The notes beneath the pieces are model-generated. The model searched no databases, was not told the DNA's origin, and saw only the letters and a program-made list of their open reading frames with translations. 64,000 bases of DNA from a virus (Duplodnaviria > Caudoviricetes): positions 64,001-128,000 of the IMG/VR virus record IMGVR_UViG_3300007171_000004; one strand, written 5' to 3'. Positions 17,067 to 28,800 of this stretch are shown piece after piece; positions within the stretch are counted from its first letter, which is position 1; each line of letters opens with the position of its first letter. Made by a program: the position numbers and the translations under genes.

Positions 17067-19539
17067 ATATAACTTTGATTCAAGCTGCACAATCACACCA
17101 CTAAATTCCGTTCCGAAGCCTGTAATTTCATTACAGGCTTTTGGAGCTTCAGGGTCTACAATTTATTCGTACAGAGTAAGTGCTATAAATTCCTATGGTG
17201 AAACATTAGCAAGTGATCCTGTTGTCATCACTGGAAATGCGATATTAAGTAATAGTAATTTTATTAGAATATCTTGGACATCAAGTAGTTATGCTACAAG
17301 CTATAAAGTGTATGGTAGGACCGTCAATTCAGAGCAACTTTTAGCTACTGTTAATAATAATTATTTTGATGACATAGGTATTAATACACCTAATGGAACT
17401 TTACCAGCGAAAGATACTACTGGCTATGATCCAAGTAAATTAAATATTGGCAGATTTCAAAAATTATTCACGAGCACAACTACTCCAGAAAATAATTATA
17501 TCTCAAATCAACCTCATGAAATGTTTCATTTTTTTGATGAAATGAGAGTGATATACAATTCCACTTCACCTCCATTGTTATATATGTATTATGCTAATGA
17601 TGTTATTAGCTATACCGAAAGATATGATTTATTAATATTTCAAAGAAACGAAGCAAGTGGAAGTCAAATACGAAAATATCACTTGGTTATTTTTGATAGA
17701 TTTACATGGACATTCACACATAAAGGTTTTATAAATATAACATTTGCATCATCGGGTCAATCAGCTTGGGATTTTGATCTTGTTGCAATAATGGATAAAA
17801 CTACAGATGGTCTAGTCAATTTATCCACATCAACTGCTGAAGTTTCAGGAATAAATACTACATTTTTTGATAAGAAAATTTCTGTTGGGGCTAGAATTGG
17901 TTTTGGTTCTACAGATCCAGAAAAAATTACTACCTGGTATTATGTAAATAGGATTAACAGTAACACAAGTTTAACAATTGATAGATTGCCATCTGTTAAT
18001 CAAACTAACGTCCCATATATAATCGAGGAAATTAGACTTATAATATTACCCAATCCTGGGTTTGGACTATATTTTATAAAAGGCTTAAATATTGATGATT
18101 TTACAATAAATGGTACTGTAACAATACCATTTGCAAATAGAACAGATAGACAAAAAGCCTCGTATAATATCAGAGAATCATTTGTACCTACATCTACAAA
18201 TACTTATTATGGTATGTGTGTAACTCCTATCAAAGATAATAATACACAATATTTGTATATCAAGCAAGTAGATAATAATAATGTAAACAATAGGACAAGA
18301 ATATTAAGATATAACATTCGCAAAGATTTATCATTAGATGCGGGTACAGATTATAGTTGTTTTGATTTTACAACTGGCCAATTATTAGTTAACTCTTGGG
18401 GAAATGCTTATGGGGGATTGTTTCATGTTGTTATGAAATCTGGACCATATGCAAATAAACCTTCATTAATTTATAGAGGTGTTGATTTTTTTATAAGAAC
18501 GGAAGAAAGTTATATTGTCAGGAATGCATTGAATATACCTGGTGAAACTTTTTTTATACCTGCAATAAACTATGGCAATAGAATTCAAGATTTTAGAAAC
18601 TCCTATAGATATGTTTATGATGATTACACTGATTTTTTTTATAACAGCTATAGCGGGTATGGATTTTCGGCATTTAAATTTCAATTTGCAAATGAATTAC
18701 AAGGATATTATGCTATAGGTGGGCAAAATTTATACACTCCAGGTAAATGGAATCCTAAAAATACATTTAATTATCCTTTTAATGGTTACAACAAAACATA
18801 TAACGCTAAAAATGGAATAATATATACTTTTAACATAAATACATCTGTCCAAGATCTAATACATAGTAATATATTCGCAATGCCTGTAGGTGGAGATAAT
18901 GAAACACCTATGGAATATGAAAACAGAGTAATTTGTCCTGAAATTGACACCCATTCAGTAAGTAAATTTAATAAATTATTAGTCAATTATGCTGAAGAAG
19001 TAGCCTCTGAAGATTTCCCAGTGCAACCTGATCCATTTAGAGTATTTTATAGAACAACTGGAATAAAAGATAATTCAGGTACATGGACTAGATTATATTT
19101 GCCTTATGATTTATCTACTGTTAGAGTTCAAGATTCTATACAATTCATGTTCAATTTCAAAATATTTGGATTATCAATGTGTCCTGCAAGAATTCATTCA
19201 TATACATTATTGGCAGAAAAAGAAGAATTGCTTCCTAAATATTTTAAATTCAACAATAATATTACAAATCTTTCTCAAAATATATATGGATTTGAGCAAA
19301 TTAAAGTATATCCAAATAATCTTACTTTAAAAATATCTTATATTAGAAAAAAAGATAATAAATTAGTATTTACTCAAACTTCTTCTGAAACTACTTTTGG
19401 TAATTTTCAATATTTAGCTCAAGGAAATATTTGGACAAATGGTATAGGCACAAATGTAGTAGGAACACTCAGAAGATTTGTATTAACTGCCAGTGTGTTA
19501 ATATCTGATGAAATTAAAATAAAGATAGAAATAGTATAG
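17044..19539 (+). CDS. Putative fibre/adhesin scaffold protein, paralog 1 (831 aa; core only)
   Basis: Fn3-like YSYRVSA.N..GET...W....YKVYGR; GARIGFGS..P..I..WY; PYIIEE.R; RT.GI.D.SG.W; C-terminal G.FQY...W.NGIG.N..G..RRF. These blocks are shared with five downstream genes. Confidence 0.75.
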   Translation: MATTQAFEYNFDSSCTITPLNSVPKPVISLQAFGASGSTIYSYRVSAINSYGETLASDPVVITGNAILSNSNFIRISWTSSSYATSYKVYGRTVNSEQLLATVNNNYFDDIGINTPNGTLPAKDTTGYDPSKLNIGRFQKLFTSTTTPENNYISNQPHEMFHFFDEMRVIYNSTSPPLLYMYYANDVISYTERYDLLIFQRNEASGSQIRKYHLVIFDRFTWTFTHKGFINITFASSGQSAWDFDLVAIMDKTTDGLVNLSTSTAEVSGINTTFFDKKISVGARIGFGSTDPEKITTWYYVNRINSNTSLTIDRLPSVNQTNVPYIIEEIRLIILPNPGFGLYFIKGLNIDDFTINGTVTIPFANRTDRQKASYNIRESFVPTSTNTYYGMCVTPIKDNNTQYLYIKQVDNNNVNNRTRILRYNIRKDLSLDAGTDYSCFDFTTGQLLVNSWGNAYGGLFHVVMKSGPYANKPSLIYRGVDFFIRTEESYIVRNALNIPGETFFIPAINYGNRIQDFRNSYRYVYDDYTDFFYNSYSGYGFSAFKFQFANELQGYYAIGGQNLYTPGKWNPKNTFNYPFNGYNKTYNAKNGIIYTFNINTSVQDLIHSNIFAMPVGGDNETPMEYENRVICPEIDTHSVSKFNKLLVNYAEEVASEDFPVQPDPFRVFYRTTGIKDNSGTWTRLYLPYDLSTVRVQDSIQFMFNFKIFGLSMCPARIHSYTLLAEKEELLPKYFKFNNNITNLSQNIYGFEQIKVYPNNLTLKISYIRKKDNKLVFTQTSSETTFGNFQYLAQGNIWTNGIGTNVVGTLRRFVLTASVLISDEIKIKIEIV

Positions 19540-19547
19540 GTGAAACA

Positions 19548-20012
19548 ATGATCAATTATGGCGAATTAAGTAATGAAATTAATTTAGATCCTGAAAATTT
19601 AGGTTATTCTACTTTACTAGAGTTGGGCAATCATGTTGGTATTGCAGAAATATTAAACAACAAATATGTAGCTGGTGAAACAGTAATTAGCATAGATAAA
19701 TTAGAAGATTATATGTTAACCACTGGAAAAATATTATTAATTGAATCTGTTTCAAAGACAGATAATCCAGCTCAAAATGCAGCTCTTTTAATATTAAGAT
19801 TATTATCTTCTAGATTACAAACATTTAAATTTGAAGAACCAGCTGTACAAAATGTTTTAGATACGCTCATAGAAAACGAAGTAATTTCTGAACAGGATAA
19901 AATTGATATTTCAAACTTAGCCCCTAAAGAAATGTTATCGAGAGCTGAAATTTTATTTGGAAAAAATACCAGCATTACACACATAGATATTGGTAATGCT
20001 TTTAGGAGATAG
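19548..20012 (+). CDS. Hypothetical helical protein (154 aa) within the fibre cluster
   Basis: AGGTG SD; ELSNEINLDPENLGY N-terminus; function not assignable. Confidence 0.7.
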   Translation: MINYGELSNEINLDPENLGYSTLLELGNHVGIAEILNNKYVAGETVISIDKLEDYMLTTGKILLIESVSKTDNPAQNAALLILRLLSSRLQTFKFEEPAVQNVLDTLIENEVISEQDKIDISNLAPKEMLSRAEILFGKNTSITHIDIGNAFRR

Positions 20013-20014
20013 AT

Positions 20015-20434
20015 ATGAGTGCTTTAGGACCTGATTTTAGATTTTCTGTATATAATGGAACTGGACAAACAATTGCCTCTGGTGGAATTGTTGTTAAGTA
20101 TCGTGGATGGAAATATGCTAACGATGCATCAGTTGTTTTTGACGGATCTGCAACTGTACCTCTTAACTTAGGCGCAATTCCAGCATCCCCTACAACTTTA
20201 GTAAACACTGCTTATCTCAACTCAGCAGCTATTGATAATGGTGTGACTAAGTTAATTGGAGCTACGATTGAATTTACGGTTACAGCTCCAGCATCATCAA
20301 ATGGTGATGTTATTCTTTATATTGAAAGATCGCTTGACGATGGAACAACTTTTCCTGATAATGGTTTAGGCCAAGTTATTGCTATATTAAACTTCACAAC
20401 CTCTGGTACAAAGAGAAGAATCGTACATCTATAA
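20015..20434 (+). CDS. Small beta-rich virion-associated protein, copy A (139 aa)
   Basis: Clear paralog of 29631..30056 (TVTAPASSNGxVILYxERS.D.G...GLGQ...GTKR..VHL). Confidence 0.8.
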   Translation: MSALGPDFRFSVYNGTGQTIASGGIVVKYRGWKYANDASVVFDGSATVPLNLGAIPASPTTLVNTAYLNSAAIDNGVTKLIGATIEFTVTAPASSNGDVILYIERSLDDGTTFPDNGLGQVIAILNFTTSGTKRRIVHL

Positions 20435-23400
20435 ATGTTTCCAGGAAGTTCAGAATATAATTACAAACCTGCTCACGGCTCTTCTATTAATTGGAATCAT
20501 CCTTTAACAAATGGCCTTGTGCATTGTTTTTTATTTAATGAAAGATCTGGACTTCAAATTTTTGATCTTTGTGAAAAGCCTACTGTAGGAACATTAATTA
20601 ATGGTCCCATATTTTTTCCAAAAGATTATGGTTCTATATTTTTCGATGGAGTAAACGATTATATTGAACTTATTAATGATAATTATACTTTGCCGACTAC
20701 TGGATTATCTGTATTAGCTTGGTTTAGGACCTCTGTTACAGACAAATGGTTAATAGATAAATCAGGTGGAACATACGGACCTAATGGTTTTAATTTGTCA
20801 TGCGGTTCCGTTGGTGGAGTTGGTTTTACTGTTAATTCCGCACAATCCTATAGTACTGTCAATGTATGTGATGGTAACCTAAATTTTGCTTGTGGAACAT
20901 GGAGCCCTGGTAATTTTGTAAGAACATATGTAAATGCAAATTTAGCAATGGAAGTTACAGCATCTGTACCAACTGTTATAAATTCGCCGGGACATAATCT
21001 TAGAATTGGCAGAAGGGGCGGTGGAATTGACAATTTTTCAGGTCATATCTATCAAATTTATATATATAATCGACCTTTATCTGACGAAGAAATTAGATTT
21101 TTAGACGAGAATCCATTTGCATTTATCAACCCACCTGCTGCTTTAAAATACTATTCATATAGACAGCAAGGAATTTTATACGCACCTTCTATTGCATCAG
21201 CAGAATCTATGGGTTCTGCTATCATGCCTGGTCCTGTAACATTGGGCCTGAGTTCTATTTTATCTTCAGAATCATTTGGAAAACCTACTAATTCTTTAGA
21301 TACACCTGAAAGTGGATTATTAATAGAAAGTATTAGATTTGATAGTAAATTACCTGTAACAGATCTCAATGCTTTACTATCACCATCTATATCATCTGTA
21401 GTTCCTTTTGGCTCCACAGGATCAACAGAATATACTTATCAAATCAGTGCATACAATAAATTTGGAGAAACGTTACCATCATCAGTAGTTAAAATATCAA
21501 ATGGGAACAGTACTTTAGATTCCACAAATTACAACAGAGTTAAATGGACTAAAGTGCCAAAAGCAACAGGATATAGATTGTATGGTCGAACAGGAAATAA
21601 TATGAAATTATTAACTGACCTCTACAACAATTACTATGATGATATTGGGGTTACTTTACAAAATACAACTCCTCTATCAAAGAACACGTTAGGATACGAT
21701 CATAAAAAATTAAATGTATCAGAAGAACATTTTTTATTTACGGGTCCAAAATATTTAGATAATTATGTATCTATCAAACATAGATATGATTATAATCATG
21801 GAATAGTGCAGTTATATCCAGGTCTAGGAGAAGCTATTGCTTGGTCAGATGATATAACATGGATTCTTACAGATGAATCTAGAAACTGGACAGTATCCAG
21901 ATTACACTTACATATTTATGATAAAAGAACAAACACTATAGATTATGCTGGGAATGCATATGTAAATTACCCGACTACCCAAAACTTACAACCATATGAT
22001 AAACCATATGCAAGCTATACTGTAATAAATAATGGAACCGTATCTGTTTCTGGAACTACTGTAACTGGAACAAACACCACATGGAATGATCAAAAACTAT
22101 GTGTTGGATATAGAATAGGTTTTGGATCAGACACTCCACAATTTGTTACTGATTGGTATGAAATTGCTGCAATCAATTCTAATACGTCTATCACATTAAC
22201 AAATACAGCAAATTCTTATCCTGCAAACACACCTTATGTAATCGAAGAATTAATAATTGTCACAGCTAGACATAACAGTTCTGACTTCACTAAAGCTGGA
22301 TTATTTGTAGTAAAAGGTCTAAGCTATTTTGATTTCAATAATGAGAAGCAAACAAATATTCCAGCAGCAACCACTGTAGACAGAATTAAAGCAGCATATT
22401 ATTTAGACGATACTTTAAATCATTCTTATTGGTTTCCTAATTTTGTTTGTGGTCCTAAAGTTGATAATAATACACAATATGTCTATGTGGCTAGTTTAGC
22501 GAACAATAGTGGTTCAAATAATCATATATTAGTATTTAATTTAAGAGCTGATTTGACATCACTCAGTGCTGGAGTGTCTACTGCAGCTTTTATTGCTAGA
22601 AGTAATCCTTTTGTTACTTTACAATCCCCACCTTCTAATTCGGGTAAATTAACCTTAGCTACTACTTTATCTGGCGCTGGTAAAGATATAGAGTGTTTAT
22701 ATCTAGCTATCTATGGAAGAAATTATAGAATTCCTACAAAACCACTTTTAGTGCCAAATAATAACATAATAATATATGAATTTTCTGGTGTATTTGGTAA
22801 TGGAGGCTATACCGTGAGTGGTGGATGGTATAGTATGAGACACCAAAAATACCTACCTGAAGAAGATATGTTTTATGGTATGGAATATAGTTATGGACAA
22901 TTCTGTTTCTATAGATATAAGCCAGGTTTAAGAGATGCGATTAAACTCAAAAGAAAATATTATTCTGCTCATTATTCCTATCCACACAATAAGCTAGTTT
23001 ATGATGTAGGATATGATCATAACTGGTCATTAAACCCTGTCACACATATCGCAAACGGATCAATTTTTATCACTCGTGAAGGAACTGATCAATGGAATCC
23101 AGTGCAAGTTATCAGTTATAAAGCAGATGAATTATTCGCTAAAAAATATAATGCTTTTGTCATAACCCCAGCTATTAGTACCTATAATGCAAGAAAATTA
23201 TCTAAAATAATACTGTCTGATAATTTTTGCGAAGGCGATGATAGATTTACTAAATTACCTGCTGAGTATAATTTATATATTAGAACCGAAGGTATAGAAG
23301 ATAATACTGGTGTTTGGATACCCTTAAATCGAATGCATGATTTATCTGATATCAAAGCAACAGACAAATGCCAATTTAGATTTGAATTTGTTATGATGGC

Positions 23401-25861
23401 GCATTCTGCTATACCTCGTAAAATATTTAATTTAGATTTATTTTATGAAACAAAAAATATTATTTCACCAGAATTTAAATGGAATTTATCAGATTCTAGT
23501 ACTTTATATAATGTAGTAGGCTTTAAGCAAAAAGAACTATATAAAAAAGATTATGTATTATATGAATCTGAGCCATTAGTAGTAATCGAAGCCAAAGATG
23601 CAATAACTGGTAATATCATCTATACACAACGAAGCGATGATAACACATATGGACAATTCCAATACTATAATAATTCATGGATAAATGGCATTGGTCCTCA
23701 AGCTATAGAAAAAAGAATGAGATATGTCAATACTTATTCTTTCAATTCAACAGCAAAAATTATCTACAGCATTTACACCGCAAAATGGGATTTACTAAGA
23801 TTAGATAAAAGTAATAATAAAGATTTATCTGATTATAATAATACATTTATTTTAGATAATGTAGTAAGAAATACAGAAATAGATACTCCCTGGGTTTTCA
23901 ATGGTAATTCATCGATTACATTAAACTCACCAATATTTAATAAACTTTATAGCAATGGTTTATGTATGAGTATTACTTTTATAGTTAATGAAAACATTAG
24001 CTTTAGTAATATGAGTCTAATATCAAGAAATAATGGATCAACAGGTAATAATTTTTATCATTTATATATATCAAGTGATTATAAAATTAACTTCTGGATT
24101 GGAAATTCCAGCATTGTAGTTTCAGATGGAAATATTAAACCAGGATATATTTATAATGTTATTATTAACTTCACAGGTTCTAATTATTCACTATATATAA
24201 ACGGAAAATTAAACAAAACACAAAGTATTTCACCTACATTATCTTTGCTGTCTAGTAATTTGAAGATTGGTAATTCTGATTACTCAAATTCTGGTTTTAA
24301 TGGAAAAATCTATGAAGTTAGAATAATTGGTAAATCTGTAACAACTAACGAAATTTCAAGAATTTATTATGATGTAAATTTAAAACTTGACAATGAAATT
24401 ACCGGGCTCATAAGAAAAACATTACCTTCATCTATATATTACAGTGAAGGAACTATAACTATTGACTCTGGCACTTCGAATATTAATGTTCCAGGGCTTA
24501 GAGAAAGATTCTATCGTTTTTATGACCAGAATAGAGATTTTGATCATAATAATGGGGAGCTCATGAAAGATTATGAACATGTACATAATTTTGATTTAGC
24601 TTTTCATCAATCTATAACCGGTTACACGATTGATTATTATGGAAAATTTTTAGCTCCTTCAACTGGCTCATATACATTTAGTTATCAAGCCTGGGATATA
24701 GGTTACTTATGGTTAGGTCCATTAGCAGATAGCGGATTTACTAAAGCTAATAGAAATATATACACTAATACTGGCCTAAATACATATACTGTTAGCTTAA
24801 ATGCAGGAGAATATTATAGTATCAGAATTATGAATTCTGTATCAAGTACGAGAAGAATGCTTGTAACAATATCTGGCCCTGGTATCACAACAACATCTGA
24901 TTTTTATAACTATTTCTCTACTCCATATAGCAACAGAAAAACCCTGACAGGCACAGGCACTTCATTCATCAATAATGTTCCTTTTTCAAGAAACACAATT
25001 TTCTTAGGTTCCAGATCTATTTATGATAATGTAGAGGCTGTAGAAGTAACAAAAGCATTATCTAATACTAAATTAGCATTTAATACTTTACCAAATAAAA
25101 TTTATGGTTCAAATATCGAATATGCTGTTCTAAAAAATGTAGTGCTATATTTAGATGCTTCCGAAAAGAAATCTTATCCTGAATCTGGAAATATTTGGTA
25201 TGACTTAAGTGGATTTGGAAATCACTTTCAATGTAATGGGCATGTCGAATGGAATAAAGCTGGTTATTTTACATCATTTTCAATTAATGATTATTTTACT
25301 CCAGTAGCTGCTAATACTCTTGCTAAATCTTATCCATTTTATAATCAAGATTTCACTGTGTTTTTTGTAATAAGAAACCAGACTACACCTAACAGTTATG
25401 CCATATCAGATGTCTTTATGTACTTATTGCAAGGATCTTATAATCCTGTATATGGATATTATGGAAGAGGAACAGAATTTTTTTATAATGGCAACAGTAG
25501 GTATTACACAACTAGTGATAACTATCAACAAACTTATTCAGCTCCAAGATTTTATGTAGAAAATTATGATGAAAACACAGTAATGACTTTTTCTTACAGC
25601 AATACATCTAACTCTAATAATATATATGGTTATGAAAGATTTAGAATGTACAAAGACGGGCAGAAATTTTTATTGACTTATAGACCTAATACAACATTGG
25701 AAACATTATTTGGATTTTTCTCTATAGGTAATTCTTCTGCTTATCCTTATTATCCAATTAATGATGCGAAGATATATGCTGTAATGGTTGTAAATAGAAC
25801 AATGTCAGATGCAGAAGTGTTGGAAATGTCAAACTATTTTAGAGATAAATTTAATTTTTAG
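20435..25861 (+). CDS. Putative fibre/adhesin protein, paralog 2 (1808 aa): LamG + scaffold + LamG/PA14-like/LamG extension
   Basis: N-terminal NHPL.GL..C.LFNE cap and FDGVNDY concanavalin/LamG motif; shared scaffold; YYGKFLAPSTGSYTF PA14-like block; LYLDASEKKSYPESGNIWYDLSG LamG start. Confidence 0.78.
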   Translation: MFPGSSEYNYKPAHGSSINWNHPLTNGLVHCFLFNERSGLQIFDLCEKPTVGTLINGPIFFPKDYGSIFFDGVNDYIELINDNYTLPTTGLSVLAWFRTSVTDKWLIDKSGGTYGPNGFNLSCGSVGGVGFTVNSAQSYSTVNVCDGNLNFACGTWSPGNFVRTYVNANLAMEVTASVPTVINSPGHNLRIGRRGGGIDNFSGHIYQIYIYNRPLSDEEIRFLDENPFAFINPPAALKYYSYRQQGILYAPSIASAESMGSAIMPGPVTLGLSSILSSESFGKPTNSLDTPESGLLIESIRFDSKLPVTDLNALLSPSISSVVPFGSTGSTEYTYQISAYNKFGETLPSSVVKISNGNSTLDSTNYNRVKWTKVPKATGYRLYGRTGNNMKLLTDLYNNYYDDIGVTLQNTTPLSKNTLGYDHKKLNVSEEHFLFTGPKYLDNYVSIKHRYDYNHGIVQLYPGLGEAIAWSDDITWILTDESRNWTVSRLHLHIYDKRTNTIDYAGNAYVNYPTTQNLQPYDKPYASYTVINNGTVSVSGTTVTGTNTTWNDQKLCVGYRIGFGSDTPQFVTDWYEIAAINSNTSITLTNTANSYPANTPYVIEELIIVTARHNSSDFTKAGLFVVKGLSYFDFNNEKQTNIPAATTVDRIKAAYYLDDTLNHSYWFPNFVCGPKVDNNTQYVYVASLANNSGSNNHILVFNLRADLTSLSAGVSTAAFIARSNPFVTLQSPPSNSGKLTLATTLSGAGKDIECLYLAIYGRNYRIPTKPLLVPNNNIIIYEFSGVFGNGGYTVSGGWYSMRHQKYLPEEDMFYGMEYSYGQFCFYRYKPGLRDAIKLKRKYYSAHYSYPHNKLVYDVGYDHNWSLNPVTHIANGSIFITREGTDQWNPVQVISYKADELFAKKYNAFVITPAISTYNARKLSKIILSDNFCEGDDRFTKLPAEYNLYIRTEGIEDNTGVWIPLNRMHDLSDIKATDKCQFRFEFVMMAHSAIPRKIFNLDLFYETKNIISPEFKWNLSDSSTLYNVVGFKQKELYKKDYVLYESEPLVVIEAKDAITGNIIYTQRSDDNTYGQFQYYNNSWINGIGPQAIEKRMRYVNTYSFNSTAKIIYSIYTAKWDLLRLDKSNNKDLSDYNNTFILDNVVRNTEIDTPWVFNGNSSITLNSPIFNKLYSNGLCMSITFIVNENISFSNMSLISRNNGSTGNNFYHLYISSDYKINFWIGNSSIVVSDGNIKPGYIYNVIINFTGSNYSLYINGKLNKTQSISPTLSLLSSNLKIGNSDYSNSGFNGKIYEVRIIGKSVTTNEISRIYYDVNLKLDNEITGLIRKTLPSSIYYSEGTITIDSGTSNINVPGLRERFYRFYDQNRDFDHNNGELMKDYEHVHNFDLAFHQSITGYTIDYYGKFLAPSTGSYTFSYQAWDIGYLWLGPLADSGFTKANRNIYTNTGLNTYTVSLNAGEYYSIRIMNSVSSTRRMLVTISGPGITTTSDFYNYFSTPYSNRKTLTGTGTSFINNVPFSRNTIFLGSRSIYDNVEAVEVTKALSNTKLAFNTLPNKIYGSNIEYAVLKNVVLYLDASEKKSYPESGNIWYDLSGFGNHFQCNGHVEWNKAGYFTSFSINDYFTPVAANTLAKSYPFYNQDFTVFFVIRNQTTPNSYAISDVFMYLLQGSYNPVYGYYGRGTEFFYNGNSRYYTTSDNYQQTYSAPRFYVENYDENTVMTFSYSNTSNSNNIYGYERFRMYKDGQKFLLTYRPNTTLETLFGFFSIGNSSAYPYYPINDAKIYAVMVVNRTMSDAEVLEMSNYFRDKFNF

Positions 25862-25863
25862 TT

Positions 25864-28800
25864 ATGTTTAATAATAAATCAAAAATCAAACCTTCTTTAG
25901 GATCAACAATAGATTTCAATCATCCTCTTTCTCAAGGACTGATGGGATGCTGGCTATTTAATGAACAAACTGGAAATAAGATTTATGATTTGGCAAATAA
26001 ACATGATGGTACAGCTTATAATGGACCTACTAGAAATAATTCATATGATGGTTTTTATTCTTTTGATGGAACTAATGATTATATACAACATACACCTAGA
26101 AGCAAAAATCTAGAATTTCAATACAATACACCGTTCACTATTCATGTTTTTGCTAGAGTCAGGACTGCTGTTTCAGGAACAGGGTACATTATAACAAATC
26201 GTGGGGTTGATGGTAGTGGCATCCCTTATTCAGGCTGGGGCATAGCTAGAACTGGCAATACGATCATGACTTTGATTGGTGGATATACAGGGACAACATG
26301 GCAGATAAACACAATTTCAGAATCTGTATTTTCAAATTATATAGAAAATAAATGGGCTTCCATCACTTATGTAAATACAGGTATTACAGGACAGCAAAAA
26401 ACATATGTAAATGGTATCAATAAATCAGCTGGAGTAGCTTCAAACGATGCATATATAATCAATTATGAAAATAGCAATAATCCATTAAATTTTGCAAGAT
26501 CTGAAGCTGATGGGCCTGGTCATTATTTAAACTGTGATATATCTTATGCCTATATATACAATAGAGCTTTATCTGCTGAAGAAGTATTGTCGCTTTATGA
26601 ACAACCTTATCAATTCATAAATCCTCCAGCAGCTTTAAATTATTATTCTTATTCACAACATAGATCTTTAGCAGCCCCAAGTATCAAGACAGAAGAAAAG
26701 TTGCCAGTATTAAATACATTCAATCCAATAACTTATAAAAATGTATCAAGTATAGTCAAAAATGTTAAGGATTTTGAATTTAACCAATCTACACAATATA
26801 CAAGATATTCTGTTATAGATAAACCATCAAATGTGTCTATAACCAATTTTGGAACTGCTGGATCTACATCATATTCATATAGAATTAAAGCTATAGATGA
26901 ATTTAGTGAATCGATAGCAACAGACTCAATAATTACTACTACTGGCAATTCTACTTTATCAACAAATAATTTCAATAGAATCAAATGGAATTGGGTTGAT
27001 GGTGCTACTAGTTATAAAATATATGGAAGAATAAATGGTAGCGAACAATTACTAACAACTACAATTTATAACCATTTTGATGACACGGGATCTATAACTC
27101 CTAATGGAACTCTTATAACAAGCGCTTCGGGTGGATATGATTACAAAAAGTTAACATTAGGAACTTATTATTCTTTATTTACTGGAACAAATAAAGAAGA
27201 TAATTATGTCAAGCTTAAAGATTTTGATATAGCTAGACCTAAATATGACAGTGTTTATCAAGCTCAAGATGTTTATTGCTATATCATGGATGTAGCTGCT
27301 TGGTCTGATGATATTAATTATATTGTACTAGATAGACCTTCTACAGGTAATCCAAGAAGATTTGCATTATATAAACATTTTAAGTCAACAGGTAGAATGT
27401 CATACGTAGGAGATATTGGCTTAACAGGATCCTATGGTATTACAAATTTAAAAATAGCTATAACGAGATATTCCACTGGTACTGTTTCTGCTTCAGGAAC
27501 TACTGTAGCGGGAGTGAATACAGCTTGGAGAACTGCTAATTTTTCTAAAAATTCAAGAATAGGTTTTGGTACTACAGAACCTCATTTAGTTGATAAATGG
27601 TATTACATTACAGATTTGCCTTCGGATACATCTCTTACTGTATCTGTTACTATCTCAGAAAATATACCTGCTAATACACCTTATGTTATTGAAGAAATGC
27701 GAATCGTGTTTCATACAACAACTAATCTATATTTAATCAAAGGTGTTACAGAAAATGACTTTTATATTGGTAAATCATATGCACCAACCTTAACAGAATC
27801 TATTGGAGCTAATATTTACAATTTATCTAACCCTTCTATACTTGGCACTATATTTGCGATGCCTTTAAAGCCCATGGATGATTATAATACACAATATGTA
27901 TATTGTGTATACTATATTGGAACTTCTAATGTCATAGGTATTAAAAAATATAACATAAGACAAACTATGACTATATCATCACAAACATTACCTGGTTTCG
28001 CTAAATATGAATTTTCAGGTTATTTTGCTGATAATATAAATTTTATTAATAGTAATATTCCAATTTATGGTGGAAATTTTAATACAATTAATTTAGGACT
28101 TAACTTACCAGCTTGGACATATCACTATTATGGATATATAAACATCACTACACCAGGTTCATACACATTTTATTTAAGATCTGATGATGCAAGTTATTTT
28201 TGGATTGGAGCAAATGCTGAAAGTGGTTTTACGACTGCTAATGCTTTTTTATCAGAACCTGGCAGTCATGGAGTATATGAAGTAAGTGCAAGTATTACTT
28301 TATCCGCTGGGCCAATATTTTTAAGATTAATTTGTGGTGATGTTGGGGGTGGTGGAGGAATTTATTTAGAATATGCTGGACCAGGAATTTCAAGGACATT
28401 TGACTTTTCTTTACTGGGTGCATATTCTACAGTATCAACATTTGCGGACTCTTTAGTGCTAACTTGTGGAGGAACTATTCCTATTGCAAACCGTGATAGG
28501 TCTTTAATGAATGGTGAATTTTGCACTCCTAGACATGGAATTTATAAAGACACCCCTGTAATTATATTTACATCAACAAATGGCATTACTGTTATCAAAG
28601 ATTCTGATATTTATGCTAATAATATAGAATTATTTACGCATAGTTATCCTTTAGTATTTATGATTCCAAATATAGATCCATTATTATTTCAAAGTAGAAA
28701 TTATCAAGATAATATTGGATATGATTCATTATTAGACAGAGTGATTTATCCTCCTTACAGTTATTATCTCTTAAAAGGTTATATTTCAACATTAGGTAAT